From Eledone cirrhosa (lineage: Eukaryota): 64,000 bases of DNA. Made by a program: the position numbers and the translations under genes. Under the pieces are notes generated by a model. That model did no database searches. It was given only the letters and a program-made list of their open reading frames with translations, and had not been told where the DNA came from. Position 1 is the first letter of the stretch, and each line of letters starts with the position of its first letter. Of this stretch, positions 37,590-50,757 are shown in pieces. The DNA lies in assembly GCA_964016885.1 (NCBI GenBank), contig OZ024743.1:187736001-187800000 (forward strand), read 5' to 3'.

Positions 37590-37803
37590 CAATGGCGGCC
37601 GGAAGTCTTGTCACCCCTACATATTGTTTTTAACTTTCATTATTCTTTGTTTTAATAATATAATATATAATATCATTAGTTATAATATATAATAATAATA
37701 ATATAATTTTCTTATAACATTTAATAATAATAATATCATTTTCTAATAATAATAATATCATTTTCTTTTTGGAAGGGGGTGACAACACTTTCGGACCACC
37801 CTG
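37590..37803. mobile_element. Tc1/mariner-type MITE with AT-rich interior
   Basis: Left caatggcggccggaagtcttgtcacccc vs right-end reverse complement cagggtggtccgaaagtgttgtcacccc; TA after the right end. Confidence 0.7.
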
Positions 37804-39039
37804 TACACTATTGGGAGTATATTGATTAGTCTTCCTTTCAACCATGTTCCAAACATAGTAGTCCTTGGGATTTAAATATGTTTCATTCTCTTTTTAAAGT
37901 TTGTGATAGGTGGAGGCTAATATACTGTAGAAAATGTTACATACATGAAGAAAACTCTATATGGTCATTTGATCTGCTAAAAATAGCAGCCAAATCTCCC
38001 CTAAAGTCGTTTGACATTGTATTTGTGTTTGATTTTTTCATGTGATATAAACTGGACACCACAGATGGCAGCCTTTATGTAATCCTAAGAGAGAATAGAA
38101 TAAACGTTGGCTTGCTGACACATTACATTTTCTAAATGTTTTCTTACACAGTTCAAACTTTCCTGGATTAAAAGGTAGAAGAATTTTTCATTTCCTGCCA
38201 ATTGTCTTATTAGATGTTATCAACAAATGTGACATTTCCTATTCAATACAATGGCTTTATCTTCCATATTTAGAGAGTCACAAACCAATAGTAAGCAGCC
38301 AATCATAACACATTTCTTTTCAAAGCATCTTCGTTTTATTCTCATACCCACATATCATCTTTATTCATCTCCTCTTTGCTCCCTCTCTCTCTCTGTCTCT
38401 CTTATTTTGGTTGTCTCTGCTCCAAATTATATTTTAAGAAAACATTTTTTGATTTTTCAATTTCAGTTTTAATATTTTTTTTATTTCCACTGGATGTTTT
38501 TACTTTATGTATATAATTCAATATTTTCAATTATCTTTGATAATAAAAAAGAAAATTAAAAAAATGTTTCCTCTGTCTCACTTCTCTTTTTCTTTATGCT
38601 AATGAAATATATCTATCCCTTCCTCACCCAATTTAATTTTATTAATATATTTGTACATTTGTATACTTTTTAAATTTTTCCTGTCATCTTTTACTACTAA
38701 AATCGTCAAAGTTATATTTTTTAAGCTACATGTTAAATTAACACAGAAACCTTAAATGTCTAAAACACATGTTACAAACCTATTTCCTTTTTTCATCCTC
38801 TTTCTTTGCATTTCTTGAATGTGTAGCATATGCATATGTCTGTGCATTGGATAGGGAATAATGATGGAGTAGGTGGGGTAGCTGAGAATTGAATAGATAA
38901 GGTAATCAAAACAGTTAGATTTAACTAACAGAATTATCAAATTCAAAATAGTCTTAGGCAGGCAATAGGATGTCAACAGTTATCTCAAGCTACACACCAC
39001 AAGAAAGCCTAAGTAAGGAACAAAAGGATCAATTCTATG

Positions 39040-39480
39040 AGCATCTTTTGCAGACCTCATCATTCTAGTTGGCAACTTCAATGGGAATGCTGGTCTACAC
39101 CAGGTTGGATACCCTGGAGTAGACTGTGGTTATGGTTATGGCTCGAGAAATTTAGAGGAAGTGAGGTTCCTAGAATTCTGTGATGTAAATTAAATGATTA
39201 TTTGCAACCCTAACTTCAAAAAACCAGCCTGTCATTTATCAGTAAGGCCAGATTAACTTTTTATTCATAAAAAAATGACAGAATATATTGAATGCTAAAT
39301 CCATCCCCAGAGAAGATTGCACAACACAACATAAATTAGTTATTAGTGACATCAGAATAAGCATATGACAGAACAATAAATGCAGGGAAAATATGGAGAA
39401 TGAGAGTATGGAAAGTGGAGGATCTGACTGTTAAATATAGGTTTAGGAAAGCTCTATGTGATACATATGACAGATATATA
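39040..39480 (+). mobile_element. Decayed RTE endonuclease fragment
   Basis: IILVGNFNGNAG...GYGYGSRNLEEVRFLEFCD. Confidence 0.6.
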
Positions 39481-39529
39481 TGACATAGACAACGATAGGA
39501 AGTTGTCTTTGAGAGGTACAATTGCACAA

Positions 39530-39810
39530 GGTCAGTTTTTATCACCTTATCCCAGATCTTCTGTCTTCCTACTCCATAGCTTCAATGAACTTTGATCACC
39601 CTGCACCTTGTTATACAGCTATCATCCTTCATATGCTTCACATGACCATATCAACACAATTTCCTCTCTAACATACTACATTTGATCCCTCTTAAGCCTA
39701 ATTTCTCTCTTGGTTCATTTACACTTTGCTGTTTATGTATATTACTATTACACATCTATTGGAGCATGCATGCTTCATTTCTTTCCAGTATTCGCAGGTC
39801 CTCTGCAGTG
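39530..39810 (-). mobile_element. Decayed RTE 3' fragment
   Basis: Minus strand TAEDLRILERNEACML. Confidence 0.65.
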
Positions 39811-42579
39811 GGAGATGAATTTGTGTTGCTTTTGGTTTTCCATGCCTGAAATAAAGAGGAATGTTTGCGTGGGCGGTGAATTCATCTTTGTCTTTATTAG
39901 TGCTCCGACTCTTCATCTCTGTAGTCCATTCATCATATGAAACAACAACCAAGTCTATAATAATGTTTAGGAGGAGTAGTAGCAGAAGTAGTGGCTTTTG
40001 TGATAGAAATTTAGACTAGTGTAACATATTATGTGCTGCTGAGTTTTGATTGGTCCAAGTGATTATGGTGGTGCTTTGGGGGAAGGCGGATCGAAATGGA
40101 AATCTTTAAGAGAGGACTGAGGAAAAACAAAAGGGAGCTAGGTGTAATTGGGTAAGGTCGGCTTTTATCACCTCATCCCAGGTCATCTTGGGTCTCCCCA
40201 CTCCGTGGTTTCCATCGACGAATATATCTATAGATTTTGCCAATACTGTGTGATTAAGTTAAACATAGGATAGATTCAAAGATTGTTTTATGTAATCTCT
40301 CAATCTTTATGTAGACAAACATTGATTGGTCAGATGGACTAGTTTTGGTCTTTATACTTAAATCTCATTAAGAGCAGTGGACTGGCACAGTTGTTAGAGT
40401 GTCAGACAATATGCTTTATGATATTTAGATATGACCCTTTAGGTTCTGAGTTAAAATCCCACCAATGTCATACCTTTGAGGTTGATATATTTGGCATTCC
40501 CCTCCCAACAAATTGCTGGCCTTGTGACTAGATTAGAATCACTATTTAGATCTCATTTTCAACAGACCACTTTTCAATTTTTTCCTGGAGACATTCTGAT
40601 ATTTGTTATCAGATGAGGTGACAATTATGGACATATGTTGGTCTTATTAGACGACAACATTGAGATATAGAAAAATAAGTTTTTATGCTCTCTCTCACAA
40701 GCTTAAAAATTCAATATTCTGTGAAACTAATCTTTAATTTCTTCAAATGCCTCAGTGTGAGTGTGTGTCCATCAAACATATACACCAGGTCCAGACACAA
40801 AGGAACCAAACTCCCACTGTCAGTGCCTCCGTCTCTCCCACTCTCCTTATCTATCACTATTATGAGCTAATGGTGGCCCACGTGCTGGCCAACCTATGGC
40901 CACGGCGGACAGAATAGAGAAAGCAATCTCTTCAAATTATCTCTCCTTTTTCTTTAAGATTTACAACCTATTCCTTCTAACTTTTTCATTTCATTTTCCA
41001 ACTAGAGAATTTTAATTAATGAAGAATTCTTTTGGTATATCATTCAATGCAGTAGCTTTAAATTTCCTTATAAGTTGCATGAGTGCATAGTCATGTACTA
41101 CCTGTAGTGTTGTGCATATCAAAATATGGCTGTTCAGTGCCTTTAAAATGTTGTAACACAAATTAATATGTTGTTATGTAGCAATCAATCTATTACTTTT
41201 CTTCAAAGCATTAAAGGTTGTGCTTAGTGGTAGGGAAAATGAAACAAACTGTTATCCATTACCTAGCCAAATTATATAGATTAATGCCACTGTCTCACTT
41301 AATTTATTTCCATTAGCTCAAATTTTGTAACTATACCCATTATATGAGCCACAATTCTTCATAACTCTTTCTACTTAAAAAAAATGTAAAATATCTGTCC
41401 TTTGATCACAGTAGGCTTTAGAAGCCTATGCTTGCCTGATGACATTTAATGTAATATATATGATATAATGATGATGTTATACACACACACACACACATAT
41501 CTATATATGTCTGTGTGTCTAAAGGGTCAGTTTTTCTGAATAAGTATGACTGGGTGGGATAGATGTGGACAACCCATCTAAAAAGCAGTTACTCTAAATA
41601 CAAACTGACACACAGTAGGTAGGATGCATACCTATTGCCAAACATCCTATCTAATGCTGGTTGTACAATAAAATACAGTTAGTTTACACTGTAAAAGTGG
41701 TTCGAAATAGAAAGGACATCCAGACAAAAGCCTCAACAATTCATAACATACACATTATTTGTTTGAGCAGATCTGAAAACACTGAACCTCACAGAGATGA
41801 TGAAGGAAGCTATGCGGGTGGAGGGAAGCTATGCTGGTCAACATATGCAAGCATAGAAAAACATATGGAAGATGATGAATGGAATTCATGACTGCCATAG
41901 TTTTAGGTGTTTTGTCAAGTACATTTGTTGAGGCTAACTGTCATTTCCTCTCATTCATTTCCACTTTCACTTTGAATGAATCGCAAGTTATATTTATATT
42001 TGCTCTCCTGCTTCTTTCATTATATCATTGTGGTTTTGCAACAAGTTGGCTTCAACCAACGATTTATCAGGAAACACTATTTGCTTGCATCTCTCTGTGG
42101 AGAAAGTACTGAAAATTAAAAAACGTTCTATGACCAAAACACTCATATAACAGTTAAAACGGTGGGATGCACACACACATATGTATGTGTATACATATAT
42201 ATATATATATATCTTCATAATACAATGCAAGTGACAACGACAAACACTTTGTACATGATTTGTTTAGGAAACAGTAACCTGATATCTCTCTCTCTCTCTC
42301 AGTGTTGATATGGTGGTCAGTACTTAGAGCAGTTGTTATCTATTTGCCTAATTGTCTATCTACTTACATATCTTTTTGCGAGAAGAACAACCACAACAAA
42401 GTCATAATAATTTAGTCCATATATGTTTGATAAGTGTTAAAGAAAATTGAGGATTCAAACATCGTTACATAGAATATTGTAATGAAGGACTTATTAAATT
42501 AAATATTTTTTTACTATAAATCCTGTAATTATATAATCTACTACCCCTACCCACCAACAACACGAGAAAATGAGATCGA

Positions 42580-42846
42580 GTTTGTGTAGGTGTCACGACA
42601 AAAAACACACAGTCCACGCTGTAATGTGGCCGTGTAGGTAACACGGTAAAAAGTTCCCAGTTCCACACTGTAAATGTGGTTGGTGTTAGGAAGGGCATCC
42701 ATCCGTAGAAAACCTGCCAGATAGTCCTATATGAGCAAGACACGGTCACCCGACCAGCCTTGCCTCAAGTGGGACAACTCCCGTCTAACCCATGCTAGCG
42801 TGGAAAATGGACGTTAAACGAAGATGATGATGATGATGATGATGAT
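42580..42846 (+). mobile_element. RTE-tailed non-autonomous repeat
   Basis: ccacactgtaaatgtggttggtgttaggaagggcatcc...aacccatgctagcgtggaaaatggacgttaaac-(gat)n; close paralogue at 44175-44428. Confidence 0.75.
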
Positions 42847-43153
42847 ATTTGAAGGAAAAGAATGACTTAAATCAAAATTTTTGATTTAATGTTATAATAT
42901 TATATTATGAGTTGGTAGATCCAGTAAGTTCTTTGTTAACTTCGGTGGGAAGAATTTTAGAGATTCCTGGTTAACTTGGGTTGGAGAACTTTCTCGCATT
43001 CGTCTGTCTGTGGCGATTGTCAAACTGTGATCAGGGTATGTTGAAATGTGTGACTATATATAAGAGAGATTTGGATGTGTCTGGGGTGTGGCATGTGGTG
43101 TTAATGAGTGTTGTTGATGATAAAGGTCCGGAGGAATTAAAGTATACACACAC

Positions 43154-43195
<42 letters not shown>

Positions 43196-43589
43196 ACGCA
43201 CATACACATACATACACACACATATATATATACACTCAGAAAATGGTGAGGTTGTAAGATAAGGGTGTTTGAGAAGGTGGTCGTAAACATACTCTCCTGC
43301 TGGTTTTATTTGATTAGCTGACCTGTGATGAGTATATAATGGCATAGCTGAATCAACTCTTCCAAATCCATAAAGAATATCTTCTACAAATTTCTATATC
43401 AAAGATGAATTTATGTGCTTGTCTGGGTTTTAATGAGATGTAAGATACATGTCTTTTGATAAGAATGGGATGACAGGAAAAAGAGAAAAGAAGGATAGTT
43501 TGGGAACATTTGTCAAAGATGTGTTGTTGATATTGGTCTGGGAGAGGAAGTGAATATGTGAGCCAGCATGTCCCCACCCCCACACACTT

Positions 43590-44035
43590 CCTAAAGGTTT
43601 CTCTCTAAAAATGAAAGGCAGACTACATGATGCCTGCATACAAACAGCAATGTTACATGGTAGTGAGACATGGGCATTGTGTGCAGAGGATCTGCGCAGA
43701 CTGGAGAGGAGCGAAGCTTGTATGCTCCGTTAGATGTGAACGGTAAAGCATACATGAACTAAATGAAAAATTAGGAATTAGAGGGATCAGATGTTGTTTA
43801 CTCGAGAGAAGACTACATTGGTATGGTCACGTGATGTGCATAAAAGACGACAACTGTATAAAAAAGTGCAGGGCGATCAAAAGAGATGGAAGCTATGGAG
43901 TAGGCAGACCCAGAAAAACCTGGGACGATTTGATAAATTCCCACCTTACACAATTACACCTCTCCAAGACAATGTCACTGGATCGAGATCTTTGGCACTA
44001 CACAGTAATACAGAAGACCCGCCTTGCCTAAGTAC
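43590..44035 (+). mobile_element. RTE 3' fragment
   Basis: KGFSLKMKGRLHDACIQTAMLHGSETW...AEDLRRLER...GRPRKTW. Confidence 0.8.
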
Positions 44036-44174
44036 AAAGCAAAACCTACATTCAGTAGGCACCTCTTAACCAAAAATACACCCCCATCGCACTACCCCAA
44101 CCCCACCCCCATCAACACCGCCCCTTTCTCTGTAAAGTTATGTTGGTACCACAACATTTAGTCCTAAATAAATG

Positions 44175-44428
44175 AGGTCGTGTAGGTGTCACAACAAAAA
44201 AACAATAACAACACAAAGTCCACGCTATAATGTGACCGTGTAAGTAACACAGTAAAAACCTCCCAGTCCACACTGTAAACGTGGTTGGTGTTAGGAAGGG
44301 CATCCAGCCATATAAAACCTGCCAGACAGTCCTATACGAGCAAGACAACCAATCTTGCCTCAAGTGGAACAATTCCTGTCTAAACCCATGCTAGCGTGGA
44401 AGATAGACATTAAACATTGATAATGATT
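44175..44428 (+). mobile_element. RTE-tailed non-autonomous repeat
   Basis: Paralogue of 42580-42846. Confidence 0.75.
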
Positions 44429-45356
44429 CTAATTCTATGTATCTATTATATATATACACAGACTCTTACAGAGAACACATATGATTTTTTAATGTTGTAA
44501 ATCTAAATACTATTTCAGAAAAGCAATAACCATCTTCCATTGCACACAACAACATTTTATTTTTATTTTTCAAGTATTTTTTGTGAGTACAAATAGAAAT
44601 ACTACGTGAGAAGGGAATTCCAATGAATTGCAAGTATTGTTTGTGTTTACTTCCGTGCTTCTTTCAAAATGGAAATGTAGCTGGATCACTAACTATATCT
44701 GACCAACGATTTATGATCAGGAAATACTATTTACACACAGCTACCTCTAGTGAAACAATATAGTATTCAAAAATATTTCTATATTCTGTAGCTATATGTT
44801 GAGGTGATGCTATGCTATACATACACATATATTCATACATTTAATTTTTTAATGTTGCATGATTAAATCATATTTCTAAAAACTAATACTTCATTATATT
44901 TATTCAACTCCACATGAAGAAATACTATATGATTTTATCAATATTAATGTTGAAAGTGGATCAGCAAAGAGAATTGACAGATATGAGTGAGAAGTGTTAA
45001 ACAAGGAAAGGAGAAAAAAAGAACTTGGTAGGTGTGGTAACACGCAGAAAAAGAAGGTAGTAAAAATGAAGTGAAAGAATGCAAGAAGAAAATAAAGATA
45101 GCACTGCATGAGAGAGAGGTGAAGAGAGAGAAATAAAGGTATTTAACTATATACTCTTACACATTTAATATTTCAACGATGGATACTTAAATTATGTTTA
45201 TGAAAGGCAATAAAATAAACCTACTGCACAGAAAAAAATTTATTTCACTTCGTTTTAAATATTCTTAGGGAGTAGAAATAAAAATGTATAATATTTTTAT
45301 TTTTTATCAACAACAAATACAAACACTAAGTAGAGGAAGAAATAATATATATATAT

Positions 45357-45804
45357 ACTAGACCTGAAAAATGCGCAAGCTCAAAAGAGCCACAGAATGT
45401 TATAATAAACCTTCGAAAGTGTGGGACTAAAGTTGATGCTCAAAAATATTGTAATCATTATCTATAGTACACTCTGTAGCATCCTTTTATAAAACAAAAG
45501 ACTCATAACGAACTCAAGACGACACGATAATTATTTAAGCTAATGTTCAATATCTCATATTAGATGTTTAGTAATGATTAATACGAAATGCACTTAAACC
45601 GAATTCTATATTATAAATTCACTTAAATAATTATCGTGTCGTCTTGAGTTCGTTATGAGTCTCTTTTTTTATAAAAGGATGCCACAGAGTGTACGATAGA
45701 TAATAATTACAATATTTTTGAGCAACAACTCTAGTCTCACACTTTTGAAGGTTTATTATAACATTCTATGGCTCTTTTGAACTTGCGGATTTTTCAGGTC
45801 TAGT
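45357..45804. mobile_element. Foldback/MITE with ~183-bp inverted arms
   Basis: 45357-45539 is an imperfect reverse complement of 45621-45804; ~80-bp spacer; (TA)n at left. Confidence 0.85.
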
Positions 45805-46195
45805 TTAATATTTTTTTAAGGCAACGCTTGTAATAACTCTAGTTAAACATGATATATATTAATAATAAATTATCGTTGTAATGTAATTAGATTATATAAT
45901 TGTTACTTTATAAATATTATTGTAAGATGTATAAAAATATTTTCAGACTTTTAATATAAACAACTACAAAAAACAATCAATATTAAATAAATATATTACA
46001 TACAAATAGTCTAACATAATAATAAAAAAATAATCTAACATAATAATAATAAAATAATCTAACATAAAACGAACAATAATATGGACAAATATACAAGTAA
46101 ATATGATACAACCAATATTATAAGCATGTTATACCGAACTGAAAAAAAAATAGTTAATATAAATTTTAAAAAATCATATATAAATTAACAATATA

Positions 46196-46365
46196 ACTTA
46201 CCAAACCGAGAAAAATATTTTGGTGATAAAAGACGAAATACAGGAGGAAGGTTCGAAAGCGAAACGATAAATAAACGTGCAAACAAAGTGGCGGATGCTT
46301 TTGAACAACAATTACTCTCATTTGTTGATTAGCCAATAATACGATGAAATTAGCCAATAAGACGA
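46196..46365 (-). promoter_or_regulatory. Candidate promoter and non-coding first exon
   Basis: Two attagCCAATaa boxes 21 bp apart (46333, 46354), YY1-like CCGCCACTTT on minus (46285-46294), local CpG retention, donor G|GTAAGT at 46202/46201. Confidence 0.45.
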
Positions 46366-46409
46366 TACATTACAAAAGATGTTTATATATATATATATAT
46401 ATATATATT

Positions 46410-47158
46410 AATTCAAAATATTAACAAAATAGATATTCTTGTGATCAAGTATATTTTATTATACATATTTCAGAGGTACTGAGTAAAGTTAAACAATACG
46501 TCCTCATCAGATAAAATAAGATGATGCATGACATACCCTGACATGGTAGATGGTTAAGATTCAGTCATGGTAGTGAGTAATATATGACAAAACTCAATAT
46601 TTATACCTTAATATTGAGAACATGAGAAAAATATATAATACATACAATAGAGAGGGTACGTGTAATACAGCTTAAAAAATCCATCTGGATGAATTTATGG
46701 TTTTTCTTATCATCTATATTTTTATACCAATCAATCACTTCATTTGTATCCTTCCACAAGCTCAATTTAGACCTCAATTTCAAAATAGGTAGAATTCTAT
46801 CAATAATATTTTTACTGATTACTCCAATATCCGATTTGGATGGAGCAATCAGTCTAACTGGCAGGTCTTCCTCAAAGTTTCTTTTGTGATCTTTAAATTT
46901 GATCGTCGGCTGTCTAGGTGTAAGAGGCTCGGTTCTTCCTTCAATTCCTAATTTTGCAATTAATTTATATGCATCATTATTGATGTCTGTAAGATCTTCA
47001 GCCGGGGCTTTTTTATAATTTTTCCTTAGTTCTTTTAAAATCAAATCATTATATTCATCTTTATTTATCCCATATAAATTATTTGTTTTGTCAGTGCTTC
47101 CAATTGATTGTAAAACTCATTCTTTGATTTATTCATTGAACCTTGTTTAACTTTTAAA
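46410..47158 (-). mobile_element. Penelope-like element fragment (probably Naiad-type), RT N-part fused to 3' pseudo-LTR
   Basis: ORF 46601-47044 TIKFKDHKRNF..PVRLIAPSKSDIGVISKNIIDRI..WKDTNEVIDWY..FIQMD; downstream hammerhead; (TA)n on both sides. Confidence 0.8.
46452..46518 (-). ncRNA. Type I hammerhead ribozyme of the Penelope-like fragment
   Basis: uauuuuau CUGAUGA ggacguauug..caguaccucu GAA AUAUGUAU A auaaaaua: 8-bp stem I, 10-bp stem II with one mismatch, quasi-palindromic stem III. Confidence 0.75.
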
Positions 47159-47254
47159 TATATATATATATATATATATATAAAAGACGTAAAATAAGAA
47201 AATATTTTTTAAAAAAATTTAAAAAAAATTTTTTACTTACTTACTTAAATTTTC

Positions 47255-47336
47255 ACTCCAACTAATTAGTTTCTGCAATGGGATAAAGACAGTTACGTAA
47301 TCCAACTGTCGAGAATTCATTGCGTCATCAGGGAGT
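47255..47336 (-). ncRNA. Type I hammerhead ribozyme, unit 1
   Basis: Reverse complement of 49216-49297. Confidence 0.85.
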
Positions 47337-47812
47337 CTATTCTCAGTTAAGTCTCCAGGCAATGCGCGGACACTGGCGGCTCATATAAAAATAATAATAA
47401 TTCGGTAGATCGAACAGCTGGCGAGGACTGGATTCTATGTACCGAAATTCTCACTGCTTCAGGTCAAATGGCCGATTCTAAAGAATCAATCACGTGACAC
47501 AGAGGCTAGTTAGAAGGAATGGGATGGTAAGATGACTGACGCCTACTAACACCCCAAAAAATTTTTTTAGAAGTGATTTTGGCAAGTTTGCTCGACAAAT
47601 CAGTGATTTGGAGATAAATATAGATAATTTAATATATCAACTAACATAAGCGCACAGATGCACGCCCATGCTAGCAAATACACAGGTTATGTCATAGTAC
47701 CTAGGTGGTTCAATGCAGGAGAATGCAGAACAATAATATAAAAGACGTAAAATAAGAAAATATTTTTTTAAAAAATTTTAAAAAATTTTTTTACTTACTT
47801 ACTTAAATTTTC

Positions 47813-47894
47813 ACTCCAACTAATTAGTTTCTGCAATGGGATAAAGACAGTTACGTAATCCAACTGTCGAGAATTCATTGCGTCATCAGGGAGT
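47813..47894 (-). ncRNA. Type I hammerhead ribozyme, unit 2
   Basis: Same sequence as unit 1. Confidence 0.85.
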
Positions 47895-48346
47895 CTATTC
47901 TCAGTTAAGTCTCCAGGCAATGCGCGGACACTGGCGGCTCATATAAAAATAATAATAATTCGGTAGATCGAACAGCTGGCGAGGACTGGATTCTATGTAC
48001 CGAAATTCTCACTGCTTCAGGTCAAATGGCCGATTCTAAAGAATCAATCACGTGACACAGAGGCTAGTTAGAAGGAATGGGATGGTAAGATGACTGACGC
48101 CTACTAACACCCCAAAAAATTTTTTTAGAAGTGATTTTGGCAAGTTTGCTCGACAAATCAGTGATTTGGAGATAAATATAGATAATTTAATATATCAACT
48201 AACATAAGCGCACAGATGCACGCCCATGCTAGCAAATACACAGGTTATGTCATAGTACCTAGGTGGTTCAATGCAGGAGAATGCAGAACAATAATATAAA
48301 AGACGTAAAATAAGAAAATATTTTTTACTTACTTACTTAAATTTTC

Positions 48347-48428
48347 ACTCCAACTAATTAGTTTCTGCAATGGGATAAAGACAGTTACGTAATCCAACTG
48401 TCGAGAATTCATTGCGTCATCAGGGAGT
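48347..48428 (-). ncRNA. Type I hammerhead ribozyme, unit 3
   Basis: Same sequence as unit 1. Confidence 0.85.
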
Positions 48429-49215
48429 CTATTCTCAGTTAAGTCTCCAGGCAATGCGCGGACACTGGCGGCTCATATAAAAATAATAATAATTCGGTAG
48501 ATCGAACAGCTGGCGAGGACTGGATTCTATGTACCGAAATTCTCACTGCTTCAGGTCAAATGGCCGATTCTAAAGAATCAATCACGTGACACAGAGGCTA
48601 GTTAGAAGGAATGGGATGGTAAGATGACTGACGCCTACTAACACCCCAAAACATTTTTTTAGAAGTGATTTTGGCAAGTTTGCTCGACAAATCAGTGATT
48701 TGGAGATAAATATAGATAATTTAATATATCAACTAACATAAGCGCACAGATGCACGCCCATGCTAGCAAATACACAGGTTATGTCATAGTACCTAGGTGG
48801 TTCAATGCAGGAGAATGCAGAAGAATAATATAAAAGATTGAACCACCTAGGTACTATGACATAACCTGTGTATTTGCTAGCATGGGCGTGCATCTGTGCG
48901 CTTATGTTAGTTGATATATTAAATTATCTATATTTATCTCCAAATCACTGATTTGTCGAGCAAACTTGCCAAAATCACTTCTAAAAAAAATGTTTTGGGG
49001 TGTTAGTAGGCGTCAGTCATCTTACCATCCCATTCCTTCTAACTAGCCTCTGTGTCACGTGATTGATTCTTTAGAATCGGCCATTTGACCTGAAACAGTG
49101 AGAATTTCGGTACATAGAATCCAGTCCTCGCCAGCTGTTCGATCTACCGAATTATTATTATTTTTATATGAGCCGCCAGTGTCCGCGCATTGCCTGGAGA
49201 CTTAACTGAGAATAG

Positions 49216-49297
49216 ACTCCCTGATGACGCAATGAATTCTCGACAGTTGGATTACGTAACTGTCTTTATCCCATTGCAGAAACTAATTAGTTGGAGT
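49216..49297 (+). ncRNA. Type I hammerhead ribozyme, inverted unit
   Basis: acucc CUGAUGA c-gcaaug...cauugc-a GAA ACUAAUUAGU U ggagu; predicted cleavage after 49292 (GUU). Confidence 0.85.
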
Positions 49298-49471
49298 GAA
49301 AATTTAAGTAAGTAAGTAAAAAGTTTTTTTAAAAAATATTTTCTTATTTTACGTCTTTTATATTATTGTTCTGCATTCTCCTGCATTGAACCACCTAGGT
49401 ACTATGACATAACCTGTGTATTTGCTAGCATGGGCGTGCATCTGTGCGCTTATGTTAGTTGATATATTAAA

Positions 49472-49587
<116 letters not shown>

Positions 49588-49772
49588 CAACAGCATCAGA
49601 ATGAAATGAACACCAACAGTTACAACAACTGTGGCATCAAACGATAAAAAAAAAAATAATACAACAACAACAACATCGACTGCCACCACCATCACCACCA
49701 CCACCACCACCACCACCATCCACTACCACCAGCGATCTGGCCTTAAGAAAACAACAACTATAATAATAATAA

Positions 49773-49952
49773 TTTTTCTGCTTTTGGCACGGGGCCAGCA
49801 ATTACCCAGTGCATTACTGGTACTTTCTTGTATCGACCCGATAAGGATGAAAGGCAAAGTTAACCTCGGCGGGATTTGAACTCAGTCCGTAAAGGGGCGT
49901 AACTATGCTGCAAAGCGTAGCGTCCGACCCCTACCGATACTGCCAATCTACC
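49773..49952 (-). mobile_element. SINE family A, young copy
   Basis: Reverse-complement match with CpGs retained. Confidence 0.85.
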
Positions 49953-50028
49953 AACACACGAACGGCTTCAATTATACAAACTCTTTCGAAAGTCAACAGT
50001 TGACATAATCTTGTATCAGTAATGACGG

Positions 50029-50076
<48 letters not shown>

Positions 50077-50177
50077 AAGTGAGTGGCGTGTGTGTGTTTG
50101 TTTGTATACATGATTGTTGGTGTGTGCGTGTGTGTGTGTGTCGTATGTATAAGTGTCAATAAGTAAGTTTTTTTTTT

Positions 50178-50432
50178 CATGCGCAGGGTCATAGAAATAT
50201 TCGGGCTGGATACCCGATCACGCAGTTAAAGCACTGGGAGTGAAGGACCCCTAGCCCTTGTCAGGGCATTCTTCTAGGCGAAGGCATCTCAGAAAACTGG
50301 GTTAACTCCGACATAAAACCTGCGGCTCAGTAGTTACCGATGATGTTGATCTTTTCTTATTTTCTGGTTATAGCTACTGTCACTCAGAGAGTGGGATTGG
50401 CTCAGTGCACAGTCTTTCCTCACTTAAAAAAT
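50178..50432 (+). mobile_element. Non-autonomous RTE-derived repeat (family shared with 21300-21600)
   Basis: Shared motifs with 21390-21475. Confidence 0.4.
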
Positions 50433-50456
50433 ATTCTTCACACACAGCCATTGCAC

Positions 50457-50756
50457 GATTGTAAATTGAAGGTGGAAAACTGGGAGAGGGCACTTGCCCT
50501 GGTGGTCAGGGTCACCGTGGTTTTTTGTTAATGGGCATTCTCCACGATGGCCCTCGGAAGTCTCCTCCCTATAGGGGAATTTTTCATAGTTCTTTTTTTT
50601 GTCACATCCTCTGTTTTTGGGGTTTTTTTTACACACAGAAATGCCCATTTGTACCGTCCTGTATTGTCCTGTACTATCATTAATGTCTACTTTGTGTTAA
50701 TAAAGAAAGCATTAATTAATAATTATTAATAGTGTTATTATTATTATTATTATTAT
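50457..50756 (+). mobile_element. Tx1 3' UTR fragment with (ATT)n tail
   Basis: Close match to 2377-2662. Confidence 0.85.
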
Positions 50757-50757
50757 T

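Noticed and set aside
39719-39952. ORF with apparent acceptor as a host exon
   Set aside because: Another frame reads AEDLRILERNEACML, an RTE remnant.
27161-43149. Solo-LTR candidates (27161-27455, 38041-38127, 42890-43149)
   Set aside because: TG...CA-like ends only; no convincing TSD or second copy in the window.
47181-48836. CRISPR array or simple satellite
   Set aside because: No spacers and a eukaryotic context; only a few units, each with a ribozyme.
49159-49214. SECIS-like hairpin (AUGAG...AGAC) upstream of the array hammerhead
   Set aside because: Helix II is short and interrupted, there is no apical AA, and no UGA-containing ORF is attached.
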